The position numbers and the translations under genes are program-made. From an uncultured Eubacteriales bacterium (GTDB lineage: Bacteria; Bacillota; Clostridia; Oscillospirales; Acutalibacteraceae): a stretch of 64,000 nucleotides of DNA. Location of the stretch: contig CABUHY010000008.1 in assembly GCA_902491475.1 (NCBI GenBank), positions 1,986 through 65,985 on the forward strand, read 5' to 3'. Positions 35,729-45,757 of the stretch are shown here, piece after piece (within the stretch, counting starts at the first letter, position 1; every line of letters begins with the position of its first letter). The notes under the pieces were generated by a model, which was not told the origin of the DNA, ran no database searches, and saw nothing but the letters and a program-made list of their open reading frames with translations.

Positions 35729-38386
35729 TTATTTTTTGCTTTTCAACTGTTTTTCGTCGGGCTTGTCGGTCTCAACGAAGGTCTTTCCGTAATATGCGTT
35801 AAGATACATCTGCTTGATTTCGCTGATAAGCGGGTATCTCGGGTTAGCGCCTGTGCACTGATCGTCGAATGCCTGCTCGCACATTGCGTCAAGTCTGTCA
35901 AGGAAGTCCTTTTCATCCGGAACATAATCCTTGATTGTGGGCTTAATGCCTACTCTTACCTTGAGGTCGTCGATAGCCTTAATAAGGTTGTCAACCTTCT
36001 CCTGATCGTTCTTGCCCTTAATTCCGAGATACTCTGCAACCTCTGCATATCTTCTGAGCGTATGCGGATGGTCATACTGCGAGAAGGTACCCATCTTTGT
36101 GGGAGCTTCTGCCGAGTTGAAACGGAGAACCTCGTCAATCATAAGAGCGTTTGCGATACCGTGCGGGATATGGTGGAACGCACCGAGCTTATGAGCCATT
36201 GAGTGGCATACGCCGAGGAATGCGTTTGCGAAAGCCATACCTGCCATGGTAGCCGCATTTGCCATCTTCTCACGAGCTTCGGGGTCGTTGGGGCCGTTGT
36301 CGTATGCTCTGGGAAGATATTCAAATATAGTTTTAAGCGCTTTAAGCGCAAGACCGTCCGTGTAGTCGGTTGCCATAATCGAAGCGTAAGCCTCAAGTGC
36401 GTGTGTTACCGCGTCGATACCCGAAGCGGATGTAAGACCCTTGGGAGCGGTCATATGGAAGTCGGCGTCGATAATAGCCATCTTGGGAAGAAGCTGATAA
36501 TCGGCAAGCGGATATTTAACGCCTGTATTTTCATCTGTAATAACTGCGAAAGGTGTAACCTCGGAGCCTGTACCTGCCGATGTGGGGATAGCTATGAAGT
36601 ATGCCTTGTCGCCCATATGCGGGAAGGTGTAGATACGCTTACGGATATCCTGGAAGCGCATTGCCATATCCATAAAGTCAGCGTCGGGATGCTCATAGAG
36701 AACCCACATAATCTTACCTGCGTCCATTGCGGAACCGCCGCCGAGTGCGATAATAACATCGGGCTGGAATGCTCTCATCTGCTCTGCACCCTTCTTTGCG
36801 CAGCCGAGAGTCGGGTCGGGAGCAACCTCAAAGAATGTGGTGTGCTGAATGCCCATTTCGTCGAGCTTATCGGTAATCGGCTTTGTATAGCCGTTATTGT
36901 AAAGGAAGCTGTCGGTTACGATAAACGCTTTTTTCTTGCCCATAACCGTTTTGAGTTCGTCAAGGGCAACGGGCAGACAGCCCTTTTTGATATATACTTT
37001 TTCAGGAGCTCTGAACCAAAGCATATTTTCCCTTCTTTCTGCAACAGTCTTGATATTGATGAGATGTTTTACTCCGACATTTTCACTTACGGAGTTGCCG
37101 CCCCAAGAGCCGCAGCCGAGTGTAAGCGAGGGAGCAAGCTTGAAGTTGTACAAATCACCGATACCGCCCTGTGAAGAAGGTGTGTTTACGAGAATACGGC
37201 AGGTTTTCATACGGGAAGAAAATTCGTCAATCTTTGCGGTTTCCGTAACTGCGTCAAGATAAATTGAAGATGTGTGACCGTAACCGCCGTCGGCAACAAG
37301 CCTTTCAGCCTTATGGAAAGCGTCCTCAATGTTCTTTGCCCTGTACATTGCAAGTACGGGAGAGAGCTTTTCGTGAGCAAATTCCTCGGAAAGTTCAACG
37401 CTTTCAACCTCGCCGATAAGAATTTTTGTGCCCTCGGGAACCTTAACGCCCGCAAGCTCTGCGATTGTAGCGGCTTTCTGACCTACTATCTTTGCGTTAA
37501 GAGCGCCGTTTATAAGAATTGTCTTTCTGACCTTTTCGGTCTCCTCGGGATTAAGGAAGTAACAGCCTCTTGCGGCAAATTCCTTTTTAACCTTGTCATA
37601 TACCTTGTCGAGAACGATAACAGACTGCTCGGAAGCGCAAATCATACCGTTATCAAAGGTCTTTGAATGGATAATTGAGTTTACTGCAAGAAGAATGTCG
37701 GCTGTGTCGTCGATAATTGCGGGAGTGTTACCTGCGCCGACGCCGAGTGCCGGTTTACCCGAAGAATAAGCAGCCTTAACCATTCCGGGGCCGCCTGTTG
37801 CAAGGATAATGTCAGCCTCTTTCATAAGAAGGTTTGTCATTTCAAGGCTGGGAACATCAATCCATGAAATAATGCCCTCGGGAGCGCCTGCCTTAACGGC
37901 AGCCTCAAGAACAACTTTCGCAGCTGCGATTGTTGAACCCTTTGCTCTCGGATGGGGGCTTATGATAATACCGTTTCTTGTTTTAAGTGAGATAAGAGTT
38001 TTGAAAATTGCGGTCGAAGTGGGGTTTGTTGTGGGGATAACAGCGGCAACAAGACCGATAGGCTCCGCAATCTTCTTCATACCGTAGGCTTTGTCCTCCT
38101 CGAGGACGCCGCAGGTCTTTGTGTTCTTATATGCGTTGTAGATATACTCCGAAGCGAAGTGGTTTTTGATAACCTTGTCCTCTACAACACCCATTCCCGT
38201 TTCCTCAACAGCCAATTTAGCAAGAGGTATTCTCTGCTGGTTGGCTGCGGTAGCGGCAGCAAGGAAGATTTTGTCAACCTGCTCCTGAGTGTATGAAGAA
38301 AACTCCTTCTGCGCCGCTCTTACACGGGCAATAGCTTCTTCAAGAGTTTCTACCGAATCAACGATTTTGTATTCTTTAGTACTCAT
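35729..38386 (-). CDS. adhE: Bifunctional acetaldehyde-CoA/alcohol dehydrogenase
   Basis: 885 aa. An N-terminal ALDH domain (catalytic Cys context NGMICASEQ) is fused to a C-terminal iron-type ADH (GGGSAMDAGK and a His-rich metal site). Confidence 0.92.
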   Translation of the reverse strand: MSTKEYKIVDSVETLEEAIARVRAAQKEFSSYTQEQVDKIFLAAATAANQQRIPLAKLAVEETGMGVVEDKVIKNHFASEYIYNAYKNTKTCGVLEEDKAYGMKKIAEPIGLVAAVIPTTNPTSTAIFKTLISLKTRNGIIISPHPRAKGSTIAAAKVVLEAAVKAGAPEGIISWIDVPSLEMTNLLMKEADIILATGGPGMVKAAYSSGKPALGVGAGNTPAIIDDTADILLAVNSIIHSKTFDNGMICASEQSVIVLDKVYDKVKKEFAARGCYFLNPEETEKVRKTILINGALNAKIVGQKAATIAELAGVKVPEGTKILIGEVESVELSEEFAHEKLSPVLAMYRAKNIEDAFHKAERLVADGGYGHTSSIYLDAVTETAKIDEFSSRMKTCRILVNTPSSQGGIGDLYNFKLAPSLTLGCGSWGGNSVSENVGVKHLINIKTVAERRENMLWFRAPEKVYIKKGCLPVALDELKTVMGKKKAFIVTDSFLYNNGYTKPITDKLDEMGIQHTTFFEVAPDPTLGCAKKGAEQMRAFQPDVIIALGGGSAMDAGKIMWVLYEHPDADFMDMAMRFQDIRKRIYTFPHMGDKAYFIAIPTSAGTGSEVTPFAVITDENTGVKYPLADYQLLPKMAIIDADFHMTAPKGLTSASGIDAVTHALEAYASIMATDYTDGLALKALKTIFEYLPRAYDNGPNDPEAREKMANAATMAGMAFANAFLGVCHSMAHKLGAFHHIPHGIANALMIDEVLRFNSAEAPTKMGTFSQYDHPHTLRRYAEVAEYLGIKGKNDQEKVDNLIKAIDDLKVRVGIKPTIKDYVPDEKDFLDRLDAMCEQAFDDQCTGANPRYPLISEIKQMYLNAYYGKTFVETDKPDEKQLKSKK

Positions 38387-38407
38387 ATTCAGTCCTCCAA
38401 AATTTCA

Positions 38408-38425
38408 TTGTTAATATTTTAACAA
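38408..38425. promoter_or_regulatory. Rex (redox-sensing repressor) operator upstream of adhE
   Basis: TTGTTAATATTTTAACAA is a perfect palindrome. It matches the clostridial Rex box consensus TTGTTAAnnnnTTAACAA. It lies 22 nt upstream of the adhE ATG. Confidence 0.6.
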
Positions 38426-38468
38426 TTCATTGAGGAGATGTAAATAATTAAATAAGTATAGCGGTATA

Positions 38469-39407
38469 TCATTTTTGATATATGTCTATACATTTGAGAT
38501 TTGTCGCCCGAACCTCGTTTACAAATTTACGGTCGAGCTCCGAAAGCTTATAACCCTTGTGGTAAATCAGAACATCCTTGTATTTCTTCTTATTGTCGGG
38601 GCATACCTTCTGCACAAGAGCATAGCGCTTCAATATGTCGTCGGGCATCGGCGACACCCACATAAAGGTTTCCTCGTTTTTGGAAAGTACGGTAAACTGA
38701 CTTGCCCTTTCAAAAACGAAAATCCGCCTCTCCCCGTCGTCGGGAAGCTCCTCTTTTTTAACTTCGGCAAGAGACAGCGACGGAACATACGGGTCTGCGT
38801 GGCCTATTTCAATAAACGGGTGCAAATCGTCAAAATGAATTGTCTCTTTTTTTGCAAGCGGGCTGTTTTCGCTCATTACAAGCACATAGCCGAAACTTGC
38901 AATATCCTCATATTCAAGGTTTTTCTCTTCAAACAGTGCGGTAAAGTATTTTTCGTAATTTTCCGCAAAACGGACTATTCCGAGCTTGTAGTTGTCGGAG
39001 ACAACATTCGTAATCGTCCTCGAAGAGTTGGTTTCCTTATAGAAAACCTCAACGGGCTTGTCGCCGAGCATTTTTGAAAACTGCGCAAAGGCGTCGGATA
39101 TATAAGTCGCCCTCGGCACGGATACCGAAAAGGTCTTGTGCTCAACTCCCGCATTTTCTTTATACAGCTTTTCGACATTGTCTATCTGCTTTAATATGTT
39201 TTTTGCATATCCGATAAAGCGCTCGCCCTCCAAGGTCAGCACCATACCCCTTGCGCTTCTGTCAAATATGGTAATACCGAGCTCCGATTCAAGCTCTTTA
39301 ATCGAACGGCTCAGGTTAGGCTGAGCGATAAGCAGCTTTTCGCTTGCCCTGTTTATCGAGCCGTATTTTGCGACCTCAACGGCGTATCGCATATGGAGAA
39401 TGTTCAT
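38469..39407 (-). CDS. LysR family transcriptional regulator
   Basis: 312 aa with the N-terminal HTH (MRYAVEVAKYGSINRASEKLLIAQPNLSRSIKELESELGITIFDR). A LysR-type substrate-binding domain follows. Confidence 0.85.
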   Translation of the reverse strand: MNILHMRYAVEVAKYGSINRASEKLLIAQPNLSRSIKELESELGITIFDRSARGMVLTLEGERFIGYAKNILKQIDNVEKLYKENAGVEHKTFSVSVPRATYISDAFAQFSKMLGDKPVEVFYKETNSSRTITNVVSDNYKLGIVRFAENYEKYFTALFEEKNLEYEDIASFGYVLVMSENSPLAKKETIHFDDLHPFIEIGHADPYVPSLSLAEVKKEELPDDGERRIFVFERASQFTVLSKNEETFMWVSPMPDDILKRYALVQKVCPDNKKKYKDVLIYHKGYKLSELDRKFVNEVRATNLKCIDIYQK

Positions 39408-39420
39408 ATCACACCTCTTA

Positions 39421-39464
39421 AAAATAAAAGCAGGCGTATATCGGTAAAGACTTTCCGCCTGCTT
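39421..39464 (-). terminator. Rho-independent terminator after the acyltransferase-like gene
   Basis: Stem aagcaggcg / cgcctgctt, followed on the minus strand by TTTTATTTT. It directly abuts the LysR RBS. Confidence 0.6.
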
Positions 39465-39469
39465 GTTTA

Positions 39470-40750
39470 TTATGCTTTTGACGAAAGAATGTCGATATTC
39501 TTATCCATAAGGTCAAAGAAATCGTTAACTATCTTTTCGTCCTCTTCGTTGCCGCGAACGCACATTGAAAGCGTAAGCTCCGAGTTTATTGATGTTGCGG
39601 AAAGAAGAACATACGGCTTATATTTAACCGCACCCGTCATAAATCCGTCAACAGGCGGATGTCCGTCGAGCGAAAGCTTATCGGTTTCGAGAATACCGAT
39701 GTTGCTCATTGCGATAAGCGGATTTGAATAGCCGATTTTTATAACCTCTTCCGAAGCCATCTGCGGCATAATGCTGTAACCGAGTTTCAGAAGCGGCAAG
39801 CCGTAAAGTCCCATAAACTTGTCTTTTTTGAACTTTGCAACGCTCTGTTTAGTATATTCGAGAGTTTTGAAAATATCCTCGCCGAGCTCGGGTATGCTGC
39901 ATTGCATAAATGCCGTCTGGTTTGTAATACCTGTCTCGCTTGTGTCCTTCATATGGCGTCTTAAATCGATTGCGCAAGAGATTGTAACGCTCTCTTCCCT
40001 ACCGAAGCCCGCAAGCTCATAAAGGCTGTAAAAATAAGCCGCAACAAGCATATCGTTTACGGTAGCGCCGACTTTTTTGCCCGAAGCCCTCAAACGCGCA
40101 AACCTGTCCTTATCGACTTTTCTGCGTGCGATAAACGAACGGTCTCTGATGTTGTCCTCGGTAAGCGGGAACTTGTGGTCGTCCTTTGCGCACACATTCT
40201 TGTAAAGGTTCTGCGCCATCGCCTTCTCGGTCTTTGAAAAGTCGTCGTAGACCTCCTCAAATGAGCGGGAGCCCGACTTTAAGTCGATGGGGCTGATTTT
40301 ATTTTCAAGGTAATCGTTATAGTTTTTGCAAAGAGCCTTGAGGAAATATTTGAAATCTCCGCCGTCCATACACATATGGTTTTCAACTATGCAAAGCACC
40401 GACTTGCCCTCATGAAAGAAAACGGCAACCTGAATTTGAAGCTCGTTTTCGGGCGGTATGTACTGTGTGAGGAAGTCGTCTATCGCCTCTTCGAGATTGT
40501 CGGGGCTTGAAACATGGAGAACATCGTCAATGTTGTAATCGTGAACCTTCCAATAGGTTTTGAATTTGTTATCGACAAACGATGAGTGCAGAACGGGCGC
40601 TTTTTCAAGGAAACAGATAAGCACTGTTTTGAGCACATCAATGTCTATTTCAAAATCGTAATGCAATTCGACATGAACCATACGGTCATTGAAATCACGG
40701 AAAAGATAATGCATTTTATCCCAGAGCTCGGCTTTTAACTTTTTTTCCAT
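39470..40750 (-). CDS. Stand-alone condensation-domain/WS-DGAT-like acyltransferase (HxxxDG superfamily)
   Basis: 426 aa with the active-site motif HMCMDG in the context VENHMCMDGGDF. Size and two-lobe layout resemble CAT-fold acyltransferases. Its ATG overlaps the upstream stop (TAATG). Confidence 0.6.
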   Translation of the reverse strand: MEKKLKAELWDKMHYLFRDFNDRMVHVELHYDFEIDIDVLKTVLICFLEKAPVLHSSFVDNKFKTYWKVHDYNIDDVLHVSSPDNLEEAIDDFLTQYIPPENELQIQVAVFFHEGKSVLCIVENHMCMDGGDFKYFLKALCKNYNDYLENKISPIDLKSGSRSFEEVYDDFSKTEKAMAQNLYKNVCAKDDHKFPLTEDNIRDRSFIARRKVDKDRFARLRASGKKVGATVNDMLVAAYFYSLYELAGFGREESVTISCAIDLRRHMKDTSETGITNQTAFMQCSIPELGEDIFKTLEYTKQSVAKFKKDKFMGLYGLPLLKLGYSIMPQMASEEVIKIGYSNPLIAMSNIGILETDKLSLDGHPPVDGFMTGAVKYKPYVLLSATSINSELTLSMCVRGNEEDEKIVNDFFDLMDKNIDILSSKA

Positions 40751-41544
40751 TATTCTTCCTCCTCCGGATTATACGCAAGCTTTTTGTTCTTGATTGCAAG
40801 CTGAGCAATAACGCCTATATCAAGCACAAATCCGATTATTATAAGTATTCTTCCTATCTTCCAAAGACCCGTAATCAAGCCGAAAATAACAAAGGCAAAG
40901 ATGAAAACAAGCGGGATTGTAATAAGGTAGTTTACAAACACAAGTCTCTGCTTTGTTACGGTTGCAAGGATAAGGTCGCCTATAAACATCATTGCAAGCG
41001 CGAACAGGAAAATAAGATATGCTTTTTCGTTGTCGAACACAATTCTTATGAACAAAAACAGGAACTGTGTTCCGACCATAACCGAGCCTGCAACAAGTGC
41101 TCGCATAAGTGCGTATAACATTTTATGCCGTCTCAAAATCGTAACCGCCGTGAGCATAAGCGCCATAATTCCCGCGGTAGCCGTACCCTCGATAATAAGC
41201 CATGTCGGATGCCATATATCGGTAATAAAGCCGATAACAAGGAACACAAGCACGGAGAAAAGTATGCATGCAACTGCGATAATGGGAGTGAGTTTAATCT
41301 GTTTTTTCTCTTTAAGGTCCTGCAAATAACGCTTGTAATCCCTTAAAATTCTCGCCGAATTATACTCGTCCAAAATAAGGTCGTGGGCAACTTTTTCGTC
41401 TTTAAGTCCCCTTTTCATAACCTCGTTCGTGCGGAATTTCATATCGTCAAGAATATTTCTCTTGAAAACGAAATTCACTTTTTCGTTTGAATACGGACTC
41501 ATTGTTCTTTCAATGTGTTCGCAATAATCTGTGTACTTTTTCAT
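40750..41544 (-). CDS. Membrane protein: soluble helical N-domain of about 90 aa plus about 6 TM helices, function unknown
   Basis: Start at the ATG at 41544, with a GGGAGGA RBS. The hydrophobic C-terminal two-thirds ends in NPEEEE. Confidence 0.6.
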   Translation of the reverse strand: MKKYTDYCEHIERTMSPYSNEKVNFVFKRNILDDMKFRTNEVMKRGLKDEKVAHDLILDEYNSARILRDYKRYLQDLKEKKQIKLTPIIAVACILFSVLVFLVIGFITDIWHPTWLIIEGTATAGIMALMLTAVTILRRHKMLYALMRALVAGSVMVGTQFLFLFIRIVFDNEKAYLIFLFALAMMFIGDLILATVTKQRLVFVNYLITIPLVFIFAFVIFGLITGLWKIGRILIIIGFVLDIGVIAQLAIKNKKLAYNPEEEE

Positions 41545-41574
41545 TATATCCTCCCATATCAAATCTGTAATAAT

Positions 41575-41603
41575 ATTATATCAAAATGCATATATGCCGT
41601 CAA
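41575..41603 (-). promoter_or_regulatory. Promoter of the membrane-protein/acyltransferase pair
   Basis: On the minus strand: TTGACG, 17-nt spacer, TATAAT. Confidence 0.55.
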
Positions 41604-41632
41604 TAAAAAAGAGATGATTTATCATCATCTCC
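41604..41632 (-). terminator. Terminator after ispF
   Basis: On the minus strand: hairpin gagatga-tgataaa-tcatctc followed by TTTTTT. Confidence 0.6.
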
Positions 41633-41638
41633 GAAAAA

Positions 41639-42115
41639 TTATTTTTCTATAAGGCAGACGCTGTGTGCGGCAATCCCCTGCTTCGTTCCCGTAAAGCCCA
41701 AGCCCTCTTCGGTCGTGGCTTTTACGCTGACTCGGTCAATGTCCAAAGAGAGTGCGTTTGCTATATTTTCACGCATTTTCATAATGTGCGGCGCAAGCTT
41801 CGGAGCCTGAGCCAGAACGGTTGCGTCTATGTTTACCGTATGATAACCCTTATCCCTCAAAAGCTCATTCACATTTTTGAGGAGCTCGAGGCTGTCTGCG
41901 CCCTTATATCTCTCGTCCGTATCGGGGAAATGCTTTCCTATGTCGCCGAGCGCCGCCGCACCCAAAAGCGAATCGGAAATTGCGTGCAGCAAAACATCTG
42001 CGTCCGAATGACCCAACAGACCTATTCCGTTGTTTTCGATTTCAACGCCGCCGAGAATAAGCTTTCTGCCCTCAACGAGCTTATGTACATCATAACCGTG
42101 TCCTATTCTTATCAT
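41639..42115 (-). CDS. ispF: 2-C-methyl-D-erythritol 2,4-cyclodiphosphate synthase
   Basis: 158 aa with canonical motifs ([30 protein letters not shown]). Confidence 0.92.
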   Translation of the reverse strand: MIRIGHGYDVHKLVEGRKLILGGVEIENNGIGLLGHSDADVLLHAISDSLLGAAALGDIGKHFPDTDERYKGADSLELLKNVNELLRDKGYHTVNIDATVLAQAPKLAPHIMKMRENIANALSLDIDRVSVKATTEEGLGFTGTKQGIAAHSVCLIEK

Positions 42116-42840
42116 ATCTGTTCTCTCCTGTACAAAATCGCCTGCGCTATATCGGTGTCCTCGGGAGTGGTTATTTTAATGTTTTCATAGCTTCCCTCGA
42201 CCATTTTAACCTCTGCGCCGTATTCCTCCAAAAGCTTGCAATCGTCCGTAAACATTTCGGAATTTATAACATTGTCTATCGCCGAAAGGTACAGCCTGCG
42301 TTCAAACACCTGCGGCGTGTGGACAGCCCAAAGATAATTTCTGTCGGGCGTGGAGGTTATTATACCTTTTTCATTTACAACCTTGACGGTGTCCTTAACT
42401 CTTACGCCTGTCGCCGCTGCTCCCGTTAAGAAAGCTTCCCTTACGGTGTCCTCGATTATTTTTTCGGTAACAAGAGGTCGGGCGCCGTCGTGAATTGCAA
42501 AATATTCGGAAAGCGGAGAGCTGCGCCTTATCGCATTGAATACGCTCTCCTGCCGTGTTTTTCCGCCCTTTACTATATCGGTAACTTTTAAGACCTTGTA
42601 CTCCTTTATCATAGCGTACATTTTCGGAATGTCCTCTTCCCTTGCCGCAATGACAATTTCGTCTATCATATTGCTTTCGGAAAACGCCGTAAGCGTCCTT
42701 ATAAGCACAGGGACGCCGTCAATAAGCAAAAACTGCTTATTGACGCCGCCCATTCTTGTTGAATTACCTGCCGCTACAATAACCGCCGTAACGAACGGTT
42801 TTGCCTCGGAAAATTCTTTGTTTTGTTTTAAGAAACTCAT
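42112..42840 (-). CDS. ispD: 2-C-methyl-D-erythritol 4-phosphate cytidylyltransferase
   Basis: 242 aa with [13 protein letters not shown] and HDGARP motifs. It overlaps ispF by 4 nt. Confidence 0.9.
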   Translation of the reverse strand: MSFLKQNKEFSEAKPFVTAVIVAAGNSTRMGGVNKQFLLIDGVPVLIRTLTAFSESNMIDEIVIAAREEDIPKMYAMIKEYKVLKVTDIVKGGKTRQESVFNAIRRSSPLSEYFAIHDGARPLVTEKIIEDTVREAFLTGAAATGVRVKDTVKVVNEKGIITSTPDRNYLWAVHTPQVFERRLYLSAIDNVINSEMFTDDCKLLEEYGAEVKMVEGSYENIKITTPEDTDIAQAILYRREQI

Positions 42841-42890
42841 TTTATCACCGTTAAAAAATTATATGAATAATTTTTGCCTGTGATAACAGT

Positions 42891-44156
42891 TTACATCATT
42901 TTTTCGATTGTTGCAAGTTTAATGCAAAGGCAGAGAACCTCAGCCGCCTTGCCGATGTCGGCAACGCTCGGGAAAGTCGGTGCGATACGGATGTTTTTGT
43001 CGCCGGGGTCTTTGCCGTAAGGATATGTTGCGCCTACGCTTGTGAGCACAACGCCGAGCGACTTGCAAAGCTCGCCCACACGCTTAGCGCTGCAATTTTC
43101 TGTGTCAAGGCTTATGAAATATCCGCCGTTGGGCTTTGTCCACAAAGCAAGCCCTGTGCCGCCGAGTTCTTTTTCAAATGTGTCGATAACAACATTGAAC
43201 TTGGGCTCGATAAGCGCCGCATGCTTTTTCATATGAGCCTTAATTCCGTCAAGATTCTTGAAGAATTTAGCGTGTCTTAACTGATTGAGCTTGTCGTGAC
43301 CTATCATCTGACTGTTAAATCTCTTCTTAATCATCTGAATGTTCTTCTCGGAAGCGGCAAGGCAGGAAACGCCAGCACCCGGGAAGCTTATCTTTGAAGT
43401 TGAAGTAAATTCAACAAAGTAATCCTCCGTGCCGAATTCCTTGCAAGCCTCGAAGATATTGAGAACCTTATCGGGATTTTCCTGGAAATCGTGTACTATA
43501 TATGCGTTGTCCCAAATTACTCTGAAATCCTTTGCCGCAGGCTTCAGTGCCGCCAAAGCACGAACCTTTTCATCGGAATAGGTTACGCCTGTGGGGTTTG
43601 AATACTTCGGTACGCAGAACATACCCTTAACGCTTCTGTCCTTGACAAGCTCCGCAATCTTTTCAACATCGGGGCCGTCGGAGAGCATAGGAACATTTAT
43701 CATTTTAATGCCGTAATATTCGCAAATTCCGAAATGTCTGTCATATCCGGGAACATTGCAGATAAACTTAATCTCGCCCTGCTGACTCCACGGCTTATCG
43801 CCTGCGCCCGTGAGCATACACTGTGTGATGTAGTCGAACATAAGAGTAAGCGACGAAGTACCGCCGAGGATTATATTGTCGCTGTCAACCTCGAGCATTT
43901 CGGCAAAAAGCCTCTTGCACTCGGGGATACCGTCAAGCACGCCGTAGTTTCTGCAATCAAGTCCGTTTTCGCTCTTGCAGTCGCATACGCCGATAACCTC
44001 TTTGAGCATATCCATAGTGAGGTCAAGCTGTTCGCCTGCGGGTTTACCTCTCGACATATCGAGTTTAAGTCCCTGAGCCTTGAGCTCTTCGTATTTTTTC
44101 TTCAATTCATTGTATTGAGCCGCTAACTCCGGCTTGCTCATCTGAGAATATTGCAT
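42891..44156 (-). CDS. PLP-dependent aminotransferase (fold type I)
   Basis: Start at the ATG at 44156. The pyridoxal-lysine context is TSTSKISFPGAG, and a DNAY motif is present. Confidence 0.8.
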   Translation of the reverse strand: MQYSQMSKPELAAQYNELKKKYEELKAQGLKLDMSRGKPAGEQLDLTMDMLKEVIGVCDCKSENGLDCRNYGVLDGIPECKRLFAEMLEVDSDNIILGGTSSLTLMFDYITQCMLTGAGDKPWSQQGEIKFICNVPGYDRHFGICEYYGIKMINVPMLSDGPDVEKIAELVKDRSVKGMFCVPKYSNPTGVTYSDEKVRALAALKPAAKDFRVIWDNAYIVHDFQENPDKVLNIFEACKEFGTEDYFVEFTSTSKISFPGAGVSCLAASEKNIQMIKKRFNSQMIGHDKLNQLRHAKFFKNLDGIKAHMKKHAALIEPKFNVVIDTFEKELGGTGLALWTKPNGGYFISLDTENCSAKRVGELCKSLGVVLTSVGATYPYGKDPGDKNIRIAPTFPSVADIGKAAEVLCLCIKLATIEKMM

Positions 44157-44260
44157 AAATCCACACCTCAAAATTTATTATTCATATTAAACCAAATAAC
44201 ATTCTAATACATTATAGCCGATTTTGCAATATTGTTTTTAACTTCTTGCAAAAATTCCGC

Positions 44261-44297
44261 AAAAAAGACAAGCAACCGTAAAAGTTGCTTGTCTTTT
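44261..44297. terminator. Terminator after the GPH transporter gene
   Basis: Perfect 11-bp stem agacaagcaac / gttgcttgtct, flanked by A and T runs. Confidence 0.65.
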
Positions 44298-44320
44298 AGT
44301 ACAATTTAGCTAAATAAAAT

Positions 44321-45736
44321 TCAGTTTTCCTCTGCCGAAGCGGCAACAACCGTGTTTGCCTTTGCCCTGCGCTCTTCGAGCTCTTTTTGGATTTTTGCCT
44401 TTTTCTCGCCTGTGTAATCGTTGAAGAACATCGGTATCATTGTAAGCGCAAAACCGATAGCCGGCAAAATGGTTATCATAAAGAACAAGCCTGTTCTTGT
44501 CTTTTCGGACTGTACCTGAATAACGCCGTTGATGGGAGCCTGGAACTCGCAGACTTTAAGCACAACGCTGACCGCATATGTCGCAAGTCCTGCCGAAACC
44601 TTGCTTAAAAGCGTCTGGAAAGCGAAGCAGACGCCGTCCGCCCTCTCGCCTGTTTTCCATTCGATATAGTCAACGCTGTCCGCTATAAGAGCGTATGTGA
44701 TTACATTGTAAATACCGAGCGGCACACCCATAAACACAAGGCAGAGAAGTACAAGGTAAATGTTGTGATAGCCTACAAACCAGAACGCAACATGGGAGAT
44801 TATGCCGAATACCGAAGAACCGATATAAATTGTTTTAAGCGAAAAACGCTTTCTCAATGCGGGCATAATTATCATAGCAGGTATCATACCTACGCCGACC
44901 GCAACGGTAAGCGAAGTCATTTTGAAGCCGTTGGGGATAATTCCGTAATTATCAACGCCGATAAGATAGTAATGTATATATGTCGCACATACATTCGCCA
45001 TTACCATTGTCGAGCCGAGGACAGCCGAGAGAATTACGATTATAAGCACCTTGTTTTTGCCTATAAGTCGGAAATTTTCCTTAAAAGTTCTCGTGTCCTG
45101 TCTCTCCTCGTGTACACGCTCTTTTGCGGTAAAGAACGGAAGAATTGAGAGCACCGCCGCAATTGTTCCGAATATAATCGCTGAAACAAAGTAGCCCTTG
45201 CGAAGTCCGAGTGCGTTTTCAGCGACAAGAACAGGGATAAGCACCGTCGGGAGAATACCGCCTGCGGTACTTCCGAGTCTGCCGTTTGACAAAAATCTTG
45301 TTCTCTCCCTCTCGTTCGGCGTGATAACCGAGCTCAAGCCCCAGAACGGAACATCCTGGATTGTGAAAGCGATACCCCAAAGGATATATGTTACCGCCGC
45401 ATACGCAACCTTAGCCGAATAAGACGAAAACTGCGGAGCGAAGAACAGAAGAATTGTCGTAACCGCAATCGGTACGGGTGAGAAAAGAAGATAAGGTCTC
45501 ATCTTGCCCCACTTTGAATGGGTGCGGTCAACTATCATACCCATAATCGGGTCGTTGAGTGCGTCGAAAATTCTGCCTGCAAGAATGATGTTTCCTGCGT
45601 GAATCGGGTCAAGTCCTGCCGCATCGGTGTAGAAAATCAGCAAGAACATCGACATAATCGTGTAAACTCCGCTTCGTCCGAATGCCGCAAGCGGAAATGT
45701 CAGCTTTTCTTTAAGCGTCAAATAAGTCTTTTCCAT
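44321..45736 (-). CDS. Glycoside-pentoside-hexuronide (GPH):cation symporter family transporter
   Basis: 471 aa. The MelB/GusB-type signature is GRIFDALNDPIMGMIVDRTHSKWGKMRPYLL. Confidence 0.85.
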   Translation of the reverse strand: MEKTYLTLKEKLTFPLAAFGRSGVYTIMSMFLLIFYTDAAGLDPIHAGNIILAGRIFDALNDPIMGMIVDRTHSKWGKMRPYLLFSPVPIAVTTILLFFAPQFSSYSAKVAYAAVTYILWGIAFTIQDVPFWGLSSVITPNERERTRFLSNGRLGSTAGGILPTVLIPVLVAENALGLRKGYFVSAIIFGTIAAVLSILPFFTAKERVHEERQDTRTFKENFRLIGKNKVLIIVILSAVLGSTMVMANVCATYIHYYLIGVDNYGIIPNGFKMTSLTVAVGVGMIPAMIIMPALRKRFSLKTIYIGSSVFGIISHVAFWFVGYHNIYLVLLCLVFMGVPLGIYNVITYALIADSVDYIEWKTGERADGVCFAFQTLLSKVSAGLATYAVSVVLKVCEFQAPINGVIQVQSEKTRTGLFFMITILPAIGFALTMIPMFFNDYTGEKKAKIQKELEERRAKANTVVAASAEEN

Positions 45737-45757
45737 TACAGTCTCCTAAATCCCTTT

